From Leptolyngbyaceae cyanobacterium (lineage in GTDB: Bacteria; Cyanobacteriota; Cyanobacteriia; Phormidesmidales; Phormidesmidaceae), in contig CBDHHL010000056.1 in NCBI GenBank assembly GCA_965263355.1, positions 1,472,001-1,536,000 of the forward strand: DNA of 64,000 bases. The letters run 5' to 3'. Of this stretch, positions 9,679-21,378 are shown piece after piece (the first letter of the stretch is position 1; each line of letters starts with the position of its first letter). Position numbers and translations under genes: made by a program. The notes under the pieces are model-generated. The model had not been told where the DNA came from and did no database searches. It worked only from the letters and a program-made list of their open reading frames with translations.

Positions 9679-10701
9679 TTAATTACGCGATTGAGATACT
9701 GTCGGAGGACTAAACAATGCAATATAAATACCACCTAATACAAGGGCAAATCCCAGATAATTTAGGCCTGCTAGCTGTTCGCCGAATCCAATCCAGGCAA
9801 TAATCGCAACAAATACAGCTTCTAGAGGGAAAAAGAGTGATGCTAGCTCCGAAGAGATTTCTTTTAAGCTATAGGCAGTTAACCCCTGACCAATAATTTG
9901 GGAAAAACAAACAACACCAGCAATTGCTAACCACCCTAATGAAGATACGGGCCAGAAGGTACCCGATGCTAAAAAGATTATGGGGATTAAGCTTAAGCTT
10001 CCTAATAGACAAACCCATTGTAAAATCGCGGTGGATGTAAATTGCGATCGCAAATGCCCTACCAACAAACAATATAAAGCTAAAAATACAGCAGATAGCA
10101 ACGCTAAGCCATCCCCCAGAAGATTATCCAGACCAATATGCAAGTCTTCAAACCCGATTGCTACCACACCCATGAGAGTCACACCAACTGCAATTAAAAA
10201 TTGTTGACTAAAGTGATGCTTGAAAAACAGCCAGCCTAATAAGGTAGCAAAGAGGGGGGATAAATCATGCATTAAAGTAGAGTTGGCAACGTTAGTGTAT
10301 TGCAGAGAAATAGCCCAGAGCACTAAACAGGCTACCCAAATGACTCCAGCCATCAGAAATAAAAGAATAACTTTAGTAGACAAATAATTGTCTTTAGCTA
10401 CGGCATTATTTTTCTCCAAGGAAAGTGAGTTATGTTCACTATCTGTCTCACTACGAGAGGGTTGAAAGACAAAGAGTTCAGTCTGATGCCAGAGAAGAAA
10501 CACAAGACCGGCAATCCAACACCGGTTAAAAATGGTACTGAGCGAACCGATTTCTGCGACAGAGATTTTGATACAAAAGACCCCGATTGCGATCGCGAAC
10601 TGAGCCAACAAAAGTGCCAGAATGGCTGAGGTCATGGAGGACAGGGCCAATGAAGTAGAATTAGTCCTAGATGTTAGAAATGCTGTTCTCATGGAAGCCA
10701 C
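9679..10701 (-). CDS. DMT/EamA-family transporter (start uncertain)
   Basis: About 10 hydrophobic segments, two EamA repeats, SLQYTNVANSTL..LSPLF and GD.LALLSA motifs. Confidence 0.85.
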   Translation of the reverse strand: MASMRTAFLTSRTNSTSLALSSMTSAILALLLAQFAIAIGVFCIKISVAEIGSLSTIFNRCWIAGLVFLLWHQTELFVFQPSRSETDSEHNSLSLEKNNAVAKDNYLSTKVILLFLMAGVIWVACLVLWAISLQYTNVANSTLMHDLSPLFATLLGWLFFKHHFSQQFLIAVGVTLMGVVAIGFEDLHIGLDNLLGDGLALLSAVFLALYCLLVGHLRSQFTSTAILQWVCLLGSLSLIPIIFLASGTFWPVSSLGWLAIAGVVCFSQIIGQGLTAYSLKEISSELASLFFPLEAVFVAIIAWIGFGEQLAGLNYLGFALVLGGIYIALFSPPTVSQSRN

Positions 10702-11029
10702 CTATGTTGAAGGGAAATGAGGCTACGACTATGGGGAAAAGGAAAAGGCTCGGGAGCATTCCCTATAACTACCTTATCTATATTATTGTGATTGTGCAGC
10801 GGGCATTTTTTAAGGACCCAGTGATATCAGTAAAGCAGGGCTAACCTGACCACCTGTTGCCACTGATATTGAGACTAAATTTTTTAGAACCATCCTTTAA
10901 ATGCATCTTTAAGACTACCAAGGATAGAAATTTCAAAATTCTCTCAGACTTCAATCTGTAAAAATACTTTAAAAAATTTCAACGCTCAAGATAATTTGTT
11001 GCATTGTCTCAATGTCTTCCGAGTAGACC

Positions 11030-11674
11030 TTAAATAATCCAAAGGTGCTCAGTCTCATAAAATTCTCCACGTTGCTCCAGTGTAAAGTCACCCAGAAGGG
11101 CCGCAATCCATACCTCCACCAGGGGCATTTTCATTCGCTGCTGTAGGTCAATTAAGCGTTGAGGAGTCCCCGTTCGTTTACTCAATAATGTCTCAACCCA
11201 ATCGGATACATTTTCTGCATGAGACACAGCCAGGGCTTGCGCTTTAACCGCATCCTCAGTAAGTGCATCCACTAATGCCAGCACGGAAGCTTTATCCACT
11301 TCCCCAACAACAGAGGCATCGTCAGCTACCGGCTCAAGGGTATCGCGTTGGGTGGAACGCTGCACCAGGTCAGAAAAGTTCAATTCTTGGGTCTGCCGAG
11401 TAATACCTTTAAGCCAGTCACCATCTAATACAGGGCCGTCGGTATTATGGGCATCTTGCCAGTCATCCCAGAGGATTTCAGACTTAGCCTCACAGATGTC
11501 AGCCAACTGAGCCAGGACTTCCCCGCCAAGTCTCAACTGCTCGCGCCAGGGTAGCTCAACCATTACTCCCTCAAACTGCTGCCAGAGGTCCAGAATATTG
11601 GCTTCTTCTGGCACATCGGCGGCATCCTCAAAGGCATCCCCTAAGTCCAATTCTAACTGGCGAACATTAACCAT
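11030..11674 (-). CDS. Acidic hypothetical protein; C-terminus reminiscent of the ScpA/kleisin winged helix
   Basis: GGAGGGG RBS, start overlaps upstream stop (ATGGTTAA); C-terminal VEVWIAALLGDFTLEQRGEFYETEHLWII. Confidence 0.65.
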   Translation of the reverse strand: MVNVRQLELDLGDAFEDAADVPEEANILDLWQQFEGVMVELPWREQLRLGGEVLAQLADICEAKSEILWDDWQDAHNTDGPVLDGDWLKGITRQTQELNFSDLVQRSTQRDTLEPVADDASVVGEVDKASVLALVDALTEDAVKAQALAVSHAENVSDWVETLLSKRTGTPQRLIDLQQRMKMPLVEVWIAALLGDFTLEQRGEFYETEHLWII

Positions 11675-12212
11675 CGTCCCCTCCACGATGCTCAAAGCAT
11701 CCTTTCAAGGGGCAGTCAGGAATCGGACACTCAATGGGTTCTAACCGAACCTCGTTAACGAAGTGGGTGATTCCGTACCGCTCCGTCAGATATGGCAATA
11801 TCTTTTGGGAGACATACCGTTCTAACTGCCGTCGCCGATACCCGGCACAGTGAATCGGTTTTACTTCTAAAACCTTTTGACCGTCATGAATCACGGACGC
11901 ACCAATGGCATGCACCGGGGCATCCTTACGCTTTTCTCGCCAGATGTAGAGATTTGCATAGGGCATTGAGGCCTCTGCCACGTCGAGGGAAACCGTCTCT
12001 ACCCCATCATCAACTTTGGCAGCCATTACCTGCTGCTGGTAGACAGCCCGCCGCTTTTCATTCGAGTTCCGTCGATTTCGGTAGTGCGATCGCTTCCGGT
12101 GACAGCGTTTTTCATCCCAACAGCCATCACCATCAGGCCCATGCTGCTGTCGAGCCTGAGCTGCACTTAATGACACGCAAGCAACACATTTTGGATCAAT
12201 TCGCCGTGGCAT
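11667..12212 (-). CDS. Basic Cys/His-rich hypothetical protein (possible Zn-binding), coupled to the downstream gene
   Basis: CxxC...GCW...RCHRKRSHY, HCAG, CPIPDCP; AAGGA RBS. Confidence 0.7.
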   Translation of the reverse strand: MPRRIDPKCVACVSLSAAQARQQHGPDGDGCWDEKRCHRKRSHYRNRRNSNEKRRAVYQQQVMAAKVDDGVETVSLDVAEASMPYANLYIWREKRKDAPVHAIGASVIHDGQKVLEVKPIHCAGYRRRQLERYVSQKILPYLTERYGITHFVNEVRLEPIECPIPDCPLKGCFEHRGGDDG

Positions 12213-12284
12213 TTATCCTTAGAAATCGAGCGATAGCTGAAACGCCTGAAATTCAAGGTCTATGGTAGCGCAATTTAGTTAATT

Positions 12285-12541
12285 AGCCCGATCTGGTAAT
12301 TACGGACCTGGCGATGCTCGTCATGGACAGGTTCCAGTTTCTAAAACAGGTGCGTAATCGTGCAGATGTCCCAAACACACTAAAGTGATTGTTTCGTCTA
12401 CCTCCGTGTCTCAGACTAATTGACAAATGACAATCGTCCAGTTGCCGATATATCCCACAGTTGGCTAGCCAATTTATGACTGAAGAGATTGAAGAATTGC
12501 TAGAAAAATACTTAAAGGATGGACTGACCTTAGTCAAATGA
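12285..12541 (+). pseudogene. Decayed 3' remnant of a third hybrid histidine kinase
   Basis: Nucleotide match to 16464-16613 and 16867-16975 (and the HK2 equivalents), with indels and an internal deletion. Confidence 0.85.
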
Positions 12542-12711
12542 TATTTAGAGGGAACTCTATACCTAGCCTCAACGCAATTTTTATCATCTGGCAATATGAC
12601 AAGCAATCACTTAGGATGTCGCTTGCGGTTGCGAGCAGTAATCTTCGAAACTAGCCTGATTAGCGTGAACTGAAACGTCGTAGCCTACGTAGTTTAACTG
12701 AGAAACAGCCA

Positions 12712-14283
12712 ATGAATTATAACTTTACCTGGATATCTACAATCTGGCATAAGATTATTACGTTGAAATCCCCTCCCGCCTTCTTATCAATATTGTTACT
12801 AAGTTTGTATGTAATCAGTTGCAGTCAGTCTTCATCAAATTCGGTTAAGTCAAATTCTACTCCGCAACAAACTGCAGTATCAAAGCCAGAAAACTTTGAT
12901 GGTGTAAATATCAGTGTACTTACGCTGACAAAACCTCTGGGGGCAACTGTTGAAAAACGAGCTGCTGAATTTTCAGCCTTAACGGGCGCTAACATCACCG
13001 TCAAAAATGCATCCTATAGCGAGTTATATAAAACAATATTTAACGATCTGACTACGGATACCAATCAATATGATGTTGTTATTCTGACACCAAACTGGAT
13101 GCCAGACTATATTGAATCCGGTTATCTCAAGGAGCTGACAGAACATATTAATAATGATCCCAAGCTGGAATGGGAAGATATTGCTCCCTTCTTCCGTAAA
13201 TATGGTCACGTCTACGATGAGAAGATTTACTCAGTTCCTATTGATGGAAACTACCATATCATGTACTATCGGGCCGATTTACTCAGCCAAGCTGGGTTTG
13301 AACCTCCTAGTACCTGGGATGAGTATCTTGAAATTGCTAAGTACTTTAACGGTAAGGACTTAAACGGTGATGAAGAGTCTGATTACGGTTCTTGTTTAGC
13401 AAAGAAGCCTGGCAATGTGACTTACTGGGCTATGTGGTCAATTGCCGCATCAATGCTGCAATCCAAGGGAACTCAGCAAGGAGTCTTCTTTGACCCTAAC
13501 ACGATGGACCCCATGGTCAACAATGTTGCCTTTGCCAAGGCCCTTGATATATACAAAGCAACCAGTGATTACGGTGCTCCTAAAGAAATGGAATGGGGCT
13601 TAAACGATGGACGTCAAGCGTTTATTGCAGGCCGTTGTGCCCTAGCCTTAGATCATGGTGATATTGGCACCCTGGCCCTCTCAGAAGCATCAAAGATTAA
13701 GGGTAAGTTGGGCACAGCTATTGTGCCCGGTTCCACTGAAGTGCTCGATTGGGAAACTGGAGAGCTGGTAGCCTGTGATAAATTTACCTGTCCATTTGCT
13801 GTGGATGGGGTTAACTATGCTCCCTTTGCTGCAGCCATTGGTTGGGCCGGTGCTATCAATGCCGCCGCCGCCGATGATGTTCAGGCTGCCGGCTATGATT
13901 TCATATCCTATATCAGCCAGCCTGTGCGCTCAAACTTGGATGTTACAAATGGGCAATCTGGGTTAAATCCCTATCGTATTTCGCAATTTTCTGACTCTGA
14001 GAATTGGATCACTGCAGGGATGACGTCTGAAGAAGCCAGTACCTATCTAGGTGCTATTGGTGGCAGTATCAATAGTTCTAATGTGGTACTTGATTTGACA
14101 ATTCCCCGAAACTACAACTACCAGCGGGAACTGTTGGACGGTGCTGTTTCTGATTTTTTGGCAGGCAGAATCAGCCGTGATCAAACTATGGAAAGGATTA
14201 CCCAAGAATGGAATGCCTTGACTGATAAAGTCGGACGGAATGCTCAAAAAGCTTCCTACCGCACCAGTTTGGGCTTAGACTGA
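12712..14283 (+). CDS. Extracellular solute-binding lipoprotein (family 1, sugar-type)
   Basis: Hydrophobic signal with lipobox-like VISC; IYSVPIDG..HIMYYRADLL, PPSTWDEY. Confidence 0.88.
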   Translation: MNYNFTWISTIWHKIITLKSPPAFLSILLLSLYVISCSQSSSNSVKSNSTPQQTAVSKPENFDGVNISVLTLTKPLGATVEKRAAEFSALTGANITVKNASYSELYKTIFNDLTTDTNQYDVVILTPNWMPDYIESGYLKELTEHINNDPKLEWEDIAPFFRKYGHVYDEKIYSVPIDGNYHIMYYRADLLSQAGFEPPSTWDEYLEIAKYFNGKDLNGDEESDYGSCLAKKPGNVTYWAMWSIAASMLQSKGTQQGVFFDPNTMDPMVNNVAFAKALDIYKATSDYGAPKEMEWGLNDGRQAFIAGRCALALDHGDIGTLALSEASKIKGKLGTAIVPGSTEVLDWETGELVACDKFTCPFAVDGVNYAPFAAAIGWAGAINAAAADDVQAAGYDFISYISQPVRSNLDVTNGQSGLNPYRISQFSDSENWITAGMTSEEASTYLGAIGGSINSSNVVLDLTIPRNYNYQRELLDGAVSDFLAGRISRDQTMERITQEWNALTDKVGRNAQKASYRTSLGLD

Positions 14284-14305
14284 TAGTTCTAAAGGAGAAC
14301 AGTTA

Positions 14306-16975
14306 GTGCGTTGGAACCTCAGTAGTAAGCTTGTTGTTGCCTATTCAGGGTTAATTGCCCTAATGGCAGGGGCACTTTCTGCAACTATTTACTGGGAGCT
14401 TAAAACCTCTCAGCAAACGGCCCTGCAAGATCGCCTGCTGGGAACAGTGAGCTTAGCGGCACGCCAAATTGACAGCGACTACCATGCCTTAATCAATAAA
14501 CCTGAGGATACTGGTACAGCCTACTACACAGTCAATCAACAGCAACTTCAGGCTATTCAAGCCTCTGAACCGGATATTGTGCGTCTTTATACGTTGCGTT
14601 TTCGTGGAGAAGACTATCAGGTTATTTTAGATTACGCCCCTGAGAGTGAAGGATTAACTCAACCGTTAGCCACTGTGGGAGAAGTCTTAGCGGATCTGCC
14701 GCCTCTTTTGCAACAGAAAGCTGAGATTAAAACGCCGATTACTGAAACTGTTATCAAAAACAATCGCCAGGGACAACCTGTTTTATACGGATATGCACCG
14801 ATTAAAAATAAGCTAGATCGTACCGATGGTATTTTGGTGATTGAGATGGATGCCACTTCGGTTACTCAATACACTATCCATGCTCTTACCATCGCCGGTA
14901 GCATATTTAGTGTGGTTTTGGTGATTTCCTTGCCATTAGTATGGTGGCTAGGGCAATCATTGGTGGTTCGTCCCACCTTACATCTAAACCGGGTTGCTCG
15001 TCGTCTTGCAGATGGCCAGTGGGATGAAATATTGCCCACCGATCGCACCGATGAGTTAGGTCAGTTGGCCAGTTCGTTTAATTACATGGCTCTACAGCTG
15101 AAGACTTCGTTCAACAGACTACAGGATTATTCTCAAAATCTGGAACTTAAAGTAGAGGAGCGTACCCAAAAGCTACAAGAGTCTCAGCAACTGCTCAATC
15201 TCATCATGAACAGTATTCCCCAGTCAATCTTTTGGAAGGATCGAGAGAGTGTCTATCTGGGCAGTAACAAGAGTTTTGCCCAAGTAACTGGCCTGACTCC
15301 TGAGACAATTGTTGGTAAGACCGATTATGATTTGCCCTGGACTAAAGACGAGGCTGATTTTTTTGTCGAGTGCGATCGCAGAGTAATGACATCAGGTCAG
15401 GCTGAGCTAGGTATTGTTGAACCTCAGCTACAAGCGAATGGAAAACAGGCATGGCTCGAGACGAATAAAATTCCCATGTATAGTCCTGATGGCAAGGTGA
15501 TGGGAATTATCGGTATCTTTCAAGACATTACCCCCTACAAAGAAGCCGAAGCAGCCGCTCAGCAGGCAAGTGAGGCCAAGAGTGAGTTCTTAGCCAACAT
15601 GAGCCATGAACTAAGAACACCGCTGAATGGCATTCTAGGATATGCTCAAATTTTAAGACGCAATAAAACATTGGGTGAGAAAGAACGACATGGGCTCAGC
15701 ATTATTCACCAATGTGGCTCTCATCTGCTGACCTTGATTAATGACATTTTGGATCTGTCTAAGATTGAGGCTCGTAAACTAGAATTAGTCCCAGTTGCGC
15801 TCCATTTGCCCGCACTGCTACAGAGCGTGGTCGAAATGTGTAAACTCAAAGCAAAGCAGAAAGGTCTCAACTTTATCTATCGACCTAGTTCCCGGTTGCC
15901 AGAAGGCGTAGAAGCTGATGAGAAACGACTGCGGCAGGTGCTAATTAATCTGCTCGGCAATGCGATTAAGTTTACCGGTCAAGGGTCGGTCACGCTGCAG
16001 GTCGACGTGCTATTGCTTTCAGAAACACATGTTTCGATTTTGTTTGAGATCATCGACACTGGTGTCGGTATCGCTGAGGAAAATCTTTCCAGGTTGTTTG
16101 AAGCGTTTGAGCAGGTCGGTGACCAGAAAAAACAGTCAGAGGGAACTGGACTGGGGTTGGCGATTAGTCAGCGCATTGTAAACTTGATGGGAGGTGAAAT
16201 TCAGGTTAAGAGTCAGCTCCAAACAGGCAGCGAATTTTCCTTTACGGTCGATCTGCCCCTGGCGGAAAACTGGGCAAACTCGCAGATGCTGATTGACGGA
16301 GACGATCTCATCATTGGCTATGACGGCAAACGGTGTCAAATATTGGTGATCGATGACCGCTGGGAAAATCGAGCCGTGGTTCAGAATTTACTAGAACCTT
16401 TGGGGTTTGAAATTCTCGAAGCTGAGCACGGCCAGGCAGGGCTGGAGCTACTGCAGACACAACAGCCCGATCTGGTAATTACGGACCTGGCGATGCCCGT
16501 CATGGACGGGTTCCGGTTTTTAGAACAGGTGCGTAATCAGGAAGATCTTAAACACACTAAAGTGATCGTTTCGTCTGCATCTGTGTCTCAGACCGATCAA
16601 CAAATGGCACTCGATGCAGGAGGGGATGACTTTTTAGCCAAGCCTGTAGATGCACCCTCCCTATTCCAAACAATTGCTCAACAGTTACAGCTCACCTGGA
16701 TTCATGAAGCCTCAACCCAGTCTACTACCGACTCAGCAACTGATCTCACCGAGTTGGTATTACCACCGAGTGCAACTCTTGAAGCGCTACTGAAGACTGC
16801 TGAGACTGGAGACCTAAAGTTACTGCGTCAGCAGCTGAATACATTAGTAGATGATGATCTGGCATATCGTCCGTTTGTCGATACCATCCTACAGTTGGCT
16901 AGCCAATTTATGACTGAAGAAATTGAAGAATTGCTAGAAAAATATTTGAGGGATGGTCTGGCTCCAGTTCGCTGA
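14306..16975 (+). CDS. Hybrid sensor histidine kinase (TM-periplasmic-TM-HAMP-PAS/PAC-HisKA-HATPase-REC)
   Basis: AAGGAG RBS with GTG start; [50 protein letters not shown]. Confidence 0.93.
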   Translation: MRWNLSSKLVVAYSGLIALMAGALSATIYWELKTSQQTALQDRLLGTVSLAARQIDSDYHALINKPEDTGTAYYTVNQQQLQAIQASEPDIVRLYTLRFRGEDYQVILDYAPESEGLTQPLATVGEVLADLPPLLQQKAEIKTPITETVIKNNRQGQPVLYGYAPIKNKLDRTDGILVIEMDATSVTQYTIHALTIAGSIFSVVLVISLPLVWWLGQSLVVRPTLHLNRVARRLADGQWDEILPTDRTDELGQLASSFNYMALQLKTSFNRLQDYSQNLELKVEERTQKLQESQQLLNLIMNSIPQSIFWKDRESVYLGSNKSFAQVTGLTPETIVGKTDYDLPWTKDEADFFVECDRRVMTSGQAELGIVEPQLQANGKQAWLETNKIPMYSPDGKVMGIIGIFQDITPYKEAEAAAQQASEAKSEFLANMSHELRTPLNGILGYAQILRRNKTLGEKERHGLSIIHQCGSHLLTLINDILDLSKIEARKLELVPVALHLPALLQSVVEMCKLKAKQKGLNFIYRPSSRLPEGVEADEKRLRQVLINLLGNAIKFTGQGSVTLQVDVLLLSETHVSILFEIIDTGVGIAEENLSRLFEAFEQVGDQKKQSEGTGLGLAISQRIVNLMGGEIQVKSQLQTGSEFSFTVDLPLAENWANSQMLIDGDDLIIGYDGKRCQILVIDDRWENRAVVQNLLEPLGFEILEAEHGQAGLELLQTQQPDLVITDLAMPVMDGFRFLEQVRNQEDLKHTKVIVSSASVSQTDQQMALDAGGDDFLAKPVDAPSLFQTIAQQLQLTWIHEASTQSTTDSATDLTELVLPPSATLEALLKTAETGDLKLLRQQLNTLVDDDLAYRPFVDTILQLASQFMTEEIEELLEKYLRDGLAPVR

Positions 16976-17099
16976 TATTCAGGACATTAATTTGGGCAAA
17001 ACTTAGTTTGGGACTAGGGACGAGTAAGCATCTCCAGCGAGCTAGTCGAAAATCACTAATTAAGCGATAAACACCGTTATACAGGGAGATGAAGATTAG

Positions 17100-18608
17100 A
17101 TGCGTGATGTAGACTATCAACAGCGAATGGCCGTTGCTAAAGCCGTCAAGCAGTTTCGGCAAGGACGCATGAATCGTCGGGATTTCATCCGTTTTGCCGG
17201 ATTAGCAGGCTTTGGTTTTAGCAGCGCCCGCTTTTTGAGCGGTTGTCGTTCTTCTTCTCAGCAGCGCTCTTCACCATTTACCCTTCCTGGCGCAACGGAA
17301 CTGATGACTGCAGACCAACAGCAGTTTCTTAAGGATGTCGGCAAAGCACTAAAAGGTAAAACTTTACGGATCATTACAGAAAATACCCCACCTTGTCAGG
17401 CTATTTGGAAAGTTGCTCAAGAGAAATTCATTCCATTAACAGGTATTCAAATTGAGTGGGATTTACTTACTTTAGATCGTGTTCTGGCAAGAATTACTCA
17501 GGATACGGCTCGACAAGCTGGGACTCACGATATTTTTTATATTGATCAAGCCTGGATTGGACGCTTTATTAACGACAGTGTTAATCCGAAAAGCCTATTA
17601 GAAAAAGCAGATCTTGCTTATCCCGGCTATGATTTTGATGATTTTCTACCTCCACTGCTAGACAATGTTGCCTCCTATAAAGGGCAGTTAGGTGGCATTC
17701 CTATCGATATCCCTCTCTTCATCATGATGTATCGCCGGGACATACTAGATAAGCTAGGTCTTGATGTCCCAACCACGATGCCAGAATATCTGCAGGTTGC
17801 CAAAGCTATCCACCATGCAAAATTGCCAGGTGTGTCAGGTTCTGTCGGGCAACGGCAACCGGGAACCTATGCTCTTACTGGAGATATGATCTCTTGGCTA
17901 TGGGCCTTTGGCGGCTCAGTGTTTGGTCCTGATGAACAACCGGCGATCCATGACGAAAAGGCAATCGCTGGGTTAGAGTACATGATGGAGCTAGGACAAT
18001 ATATGTCTCCCCAATCGCTTATATCCGATTGGGATGGACAGGCTGCTATATTCGCTCAAGGTAAAGCGGGCATTTATATTTCTGCAGGTGAATATTTCCC
18101 AGTTTTTGATGATCCTCAAAGCTCCAATATTGTGGGACTAGCAGAAGCCGCACCCTGTCCTAAAGAAATGGCATTGCGCTTACCGTCCGAGTGCAGTTTT
18201 GGTGAGGTTCCTGGTATCAGTCGCCAAGGCGGAAGCTGTCTGATGCTCTCTCGCTACAGCAAAAACATTGATGCTGCCTGGATATTTCTGCAATGGATTA
18301 CTAGTCCAGAAATGAGTCTGCTAGCAAGCATAGAATCAGGTTCCAGCGGCATTCGCAGGAGTACCTATGAGCATCCTCTCACCCAGCAAAAAGCCAAAGT
18401 TGCTCCTGGTACAACCCGACATATGGGGGTCGTACTCGATGCCATTCTCAATCGCATGGGAACAGAGCCCCATTTACCAAACTGGGTGCAACTCGCAACT
18501 GGTGATTTTCCAGTGGAATTGGGCAAAATGGTAACCCAACAGCAATCTGTTAAAACAACCGTTAATCAGATGGCCAAACTAACTAGTGCAGTAGTTCAGG
18601 CAGCTTAG
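17100..18608 (+). CDS. Extracellular solute-binding protein with Tat/lipoprotein signal
   Basis: MNRRDFIRF twin-arginine motif, LSGC lipobox, [16 protein letters not shown]. Confidence 0.87.
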   Translation: MRDVDYQQRMAVAKAVKQFRQGRMNRRDFIRFAGLAGFGFSSARFLSGCRSSSQQRSSPFTLPGATELMTADQQQFLKDVGKALKGKTLRIITENTPPCQAIWKVAQEKFIPLTGIQIEWDLLTLDRVLARITQDTARQAGTHDIFYIDQAWIGRFINDSVNPKSLLEKADLAYPGYDFDDFLPPLLDNVASYKGQLGGIPIDIPLFIMMYRRDILDKLGLDVPTTMPEYLQVAKAIHHAKLPGVSGSVGQRQPGTYALTGDMISWLWAFGGSVFGPDEQPAIHDEKAIAGLEYMMELGQYMSPQSLISDWDGQAAIFAQGKAGIYISAGEYFPVFDDPQSSNIVGLAEAAPCPKEMALRLPSECSFGEVPGISRQGGSCLMLSRYSKNIDAAWIFLQWITSPEMSLLASIESGSSGIRRSTYEHPLTQQKAKVAPGTTRHMGVVLDAILNRMGTEPHLPNWVQLATGDFPVELGKMVTQQQSVKTTVNQMAKLTSAVVQAA

Positions 18609-18630
18609 TACTGAGGAAGATCTTTATAAA

Positions 18631-21378
18631 ATGTCAGAAATCCTATCTCAGAAGGCTTCACAGCCTCAGTCTAGCCGAAAAACATTACGACAACAGTTAC
18701 TCTCCTCATTTCTGTTGATTTCCCTGATACCTATGGGTGCTTTAGCTCTATGGAATCAGTATACAACTCGTAACGCAATATTAGAAACAGCCAATCAGTC
18801 ACTGGAATCGGCTGCCTCCCAAACAGCTACTCAGCTAGATGGATTTATGCAAGCCAACCTCAAGGTGATTGCAACAGAAAAACAATTACCTGACTTGGTC
18901 AACTACCTAGAAAAAGAAGCGCAAGGATATCTTACAGAAAAAGAAAAAGAAACTACCCTGGAGATTCTAAAAACGTTACAGAATAAAGATCCGGTTTTTA
19001 TCGCTTCCTATGCATTGTTAGATTTAGAAGGAAGTAATATTCTTGATACAAACGCAGAGCAGCAAGGTTTTTCTGAAGCCGATCACGAATATTTCAAAAC
19101 CGCCCTGGAAACTGGCGAACCTTTTGTCTCACCAGTAGAGTTTTCTTCAACGAATAACCAGCCCTATTTTTATTTCAGCCAATCAATTCGTAATCCTGCT
19201 ACCGGAAAGGTCATTGGCATTTTGCGTAGCCAATACAGTGCTGCCATATTGCAACAGATGGTTCTGGCAAATAGTGACTTAGCTGGAGAACTTTCCTTTC
19301 CAATTCTATTGGATGAAAACCATATCCGCTTAGCCCAAGCTGCTCATATTGGAAAAGAAACTGCGACAGAGCACTTATTCAAGACCCTATCACCAGCTTC
19401 ACCGGAGCGTTTGACTAAGTTACAGGCACAACGACGCCTACCGCCGTCCCAATCTTCCAATCAGCTAGCAACAGATTTATCTGATTTTGAAACTGGAATT
19501 TCTCAAGCAGAAAGCGATAAAAACTATTTTAAGGCCTATCTTACCAATCAAAATGAAACCCTCTACGCTGGTGTCGTGAAACCGATGAAGACTCAGCCTT
19601 GGATTATTGCCTTCGTTCGCCCCCAGAACCTGTTTCTGCAGCCAGTCAATCAACACACTGCCAACCTAATCGTGTTGGGCTGTCTAACAGCGGGCAGCGT
19701 GATCTTTTTAGCTATTCGACTTTCAAATGCGTTATCAACTCCAATGACTCGTTTGACGACGGCTGCTCAACAACTAGCCAAAGGAGAATGGGACGCTCAA
19801 CCATTATTGGTAACAACAGAACAGAAATCTGGAGCCAGTGAAATTACAACTCTGGCGCATACGTTTTTGCAGATGGCTACTCAGCTTCAAGAGTCATTTG
19901 CTGGATTAGAGCAACGGGTTGCCGATCGTACCAATGAACTGCAAGAGGCCAAACTGTTAGCGGACCGAGCCAACCACGCTAAAAGCGAATTTTTAGCAAA
20001 CATGAGCCATGAATTGCGTACTCCCCTCAACGGTATCCTTGGCTATGCCCAAATCCTGAGCCGATCAGAATCACTAGCGCGTAAAGAACGTGACGGGGTC
20101 AATATCATTTATCAATGTGGATCCCACTTATTAACCTTAATTAATGATGTTTTAGATATTTCTAAAATTGAGGCCCGCAAACTAGAGCTGGTAGCAACAC
20201 CACTACATCTGCCATCTTTACTTCACAGCGTTGTGGAAATGTGTCGCATCAAGGCAGATCAGAAAGGCATTGAATTCTTTTACAAGCCCAGTTCTCGTCT
20301 GCCAGAGGGGGTACTGGCTGATGAGAAGCGATTGCGACAAGTGTTGATTAACCTGTTAGGTAATGCCATTAAATTTACTGACCAAGGCTCTGTAACCCTT
20401 GGTATCGATGTTTTAGAGATATCTGACACCCAAGTCTCTCTCTTGTTTCAGGTGATCGATACTGGTGTGGGCATTACTGCAGAAGACTGTGACAAGCTTT
20501 TCCAGGCTTTTGAGCAGGTGGGTGATCAGGAAAAACAATCAGAAGGGACCGGCCTTGGCTTAGCAATTAGTCAGCGGATTGTGAATTTGATGGGCGGCAC
20601 TATTCAGGTTAAGAGTCAGCTGGGTGAGGGTAGTGAGTTTTTCTTTATTGCCGAACTGCCGTTAGCAAACGATTGGGCTAAACAGCAGTCAACTCTAAAA
20701 AGTGGCGATCGCATCATTGGCTATGACGGTAAACGCTGTCAGATCTTGGTAATCGATGACCGCTGGGAAAATCGAGCCGTGGTTCAGAATTTGCTAGAAC
20801 CCCTGGGGTTTGAAATTCTCGAAGCTGAGCACGGTCAGGCAGGGCTGGAGCTGCTGCAGACACAACAGCCCGATCTGGTGATTACAGACCTGGCGATGCC
20901 CGTCATGGATGGGTTCCGGTTTCTAGAACAGGTGCGTAACCGTGAAGACCTCAAACACACTAAAGTGATTGTTTCGTCGGCATCCGTGTCTCAGACCGAT
21001 CAACAAATGGCACTCGATGCAGGAGGGGATGACTTTTTAGCCAAGCCTGTGGATGTACCATTCTTATTCCAAACGATTGCTCAGCAGCTACAACTCACCT
21101 GGATTCATGAAACCCCAGCCGAATCTACTAGCAACTCCACCACTGTTATTACTGAACTGGTCCTACCACCGAGTGCCATCCTCGAAGCGCTGCTGAAGAC
21201 TGCTGAGACGGCAGATATAAAGTCACTACGACACCAACTTAATACATTAGTGGATGAGGAGCCAGTTTATCGTCCGTTTGCTGATACTGTCCTGCAGTTG
21301 GCTAGCCAATTTATGACTGAAGAGATTGAAGACTTAATAGAACAATATTTAAAGGATGGACTGACTCCGGTCAGGTGA
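18631..21378 (+). CDS. Hybrid sensor histidine kinase (Cache-like periplasmic domain-HAMP-HisKA-HATPase-REC)
   Basis: Two TM helices, [12 protein letters not shown] Cache-like motif, [14 protein letters not shown], receiver DLAMPVMDG. Confidence 0.93.
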   Translation: MSEILSQKASQPQSSRKTLRQQLLSSFLLISLIPMGALALWNQYTTRNAILETANQSLESAASQTATQLDGFMQANLKVIATEKQLPDLVNYLEKEAQGYLTEKEKETTLEILKTLQNKDPVFIASYALLDLEGSNILDTNAEQQGFSEADHEYFKTALETGEPFVSPVEFSSTNNQPYFYFSQSIRNPATGKVIGILRSQYSAAILQQMVLANSDLAGELSFPILLDENHIRLAQAAHIGKETATEHLFKTLSPASPERLTKLQAQRRLPPSQSSNQLATDLSDFETGISQAESDKNYFKAYLTNQNETLYAGVVKPMKTQPWIIAFVRPQNLFLQPVNQHTANLIVLGCLTAGSVIFLAIRLSNALSTPMTRLTTAAQQLAKGEWDAQPLLVTTEQKSGASEITTLAHTFLQMATQLQESFAGLEQRVADRTNELQEAKLLADRANHAKSEFLANMSHELRTPLNGILGYAQILSRSESLARKERDGVNIIYQCGSHLLTLINDVLDISKIEARKLELVATPLHLPSLLHSVVEMCRIKADQKGIEFFYKPSSRLPEGVLADEKRLRQVLINLLGNAIKFTDQGSVTLGIDVLEISDTQVSLLFQVIDTGVGITAEDCDKLFQAFEQVGDQEKQSEGTGLGLAISQRIVNLMGGTIQVKSQLGEGSEFFFIAELPLANDWAKQQSTLKSGDRIIGYDGKRCQILVIDDRWENRAVVQNLLEPLGFEILEAEHGQAGLELLQTQQPDLVITDLAMPVMDGFRFLEQVRNREDLKHTKVIVSSASVSQTDQQMALDAGGDDFLAKPVDVPFLFQTIAQQLQLTWIHETPAESTSNSTTVITELVLPPSAILEALLKTAETADIKSLRHQLNTLVDEEPVYRPFADTVLQLASQFMTEEIEDLIEQYLKDGLTPVR

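Larger units (their letters stand above)
16309..21378 (+). repeat. Direct repeat: 16309-16975 vs 20712-21378 (receiver domain and tail of the two kinases)
   Basis: Colinear at constant offset 4403; nearly identical through the receiver domain, more diverged in the tail. Confidence 0.9.

Noticed and set aside
12285..12541. Kinase remnant as a diversity-generating retroelement template repeat
   Set aside because: Differences from the kinases are not restricted to adenines and include indels and a large deletion; no reverse transcriptase in the window.
12283..12606. 107-aa minus-strand ORF
   Set aside because: Antisense shadow of the kinase remnant with no recognisable protein features.
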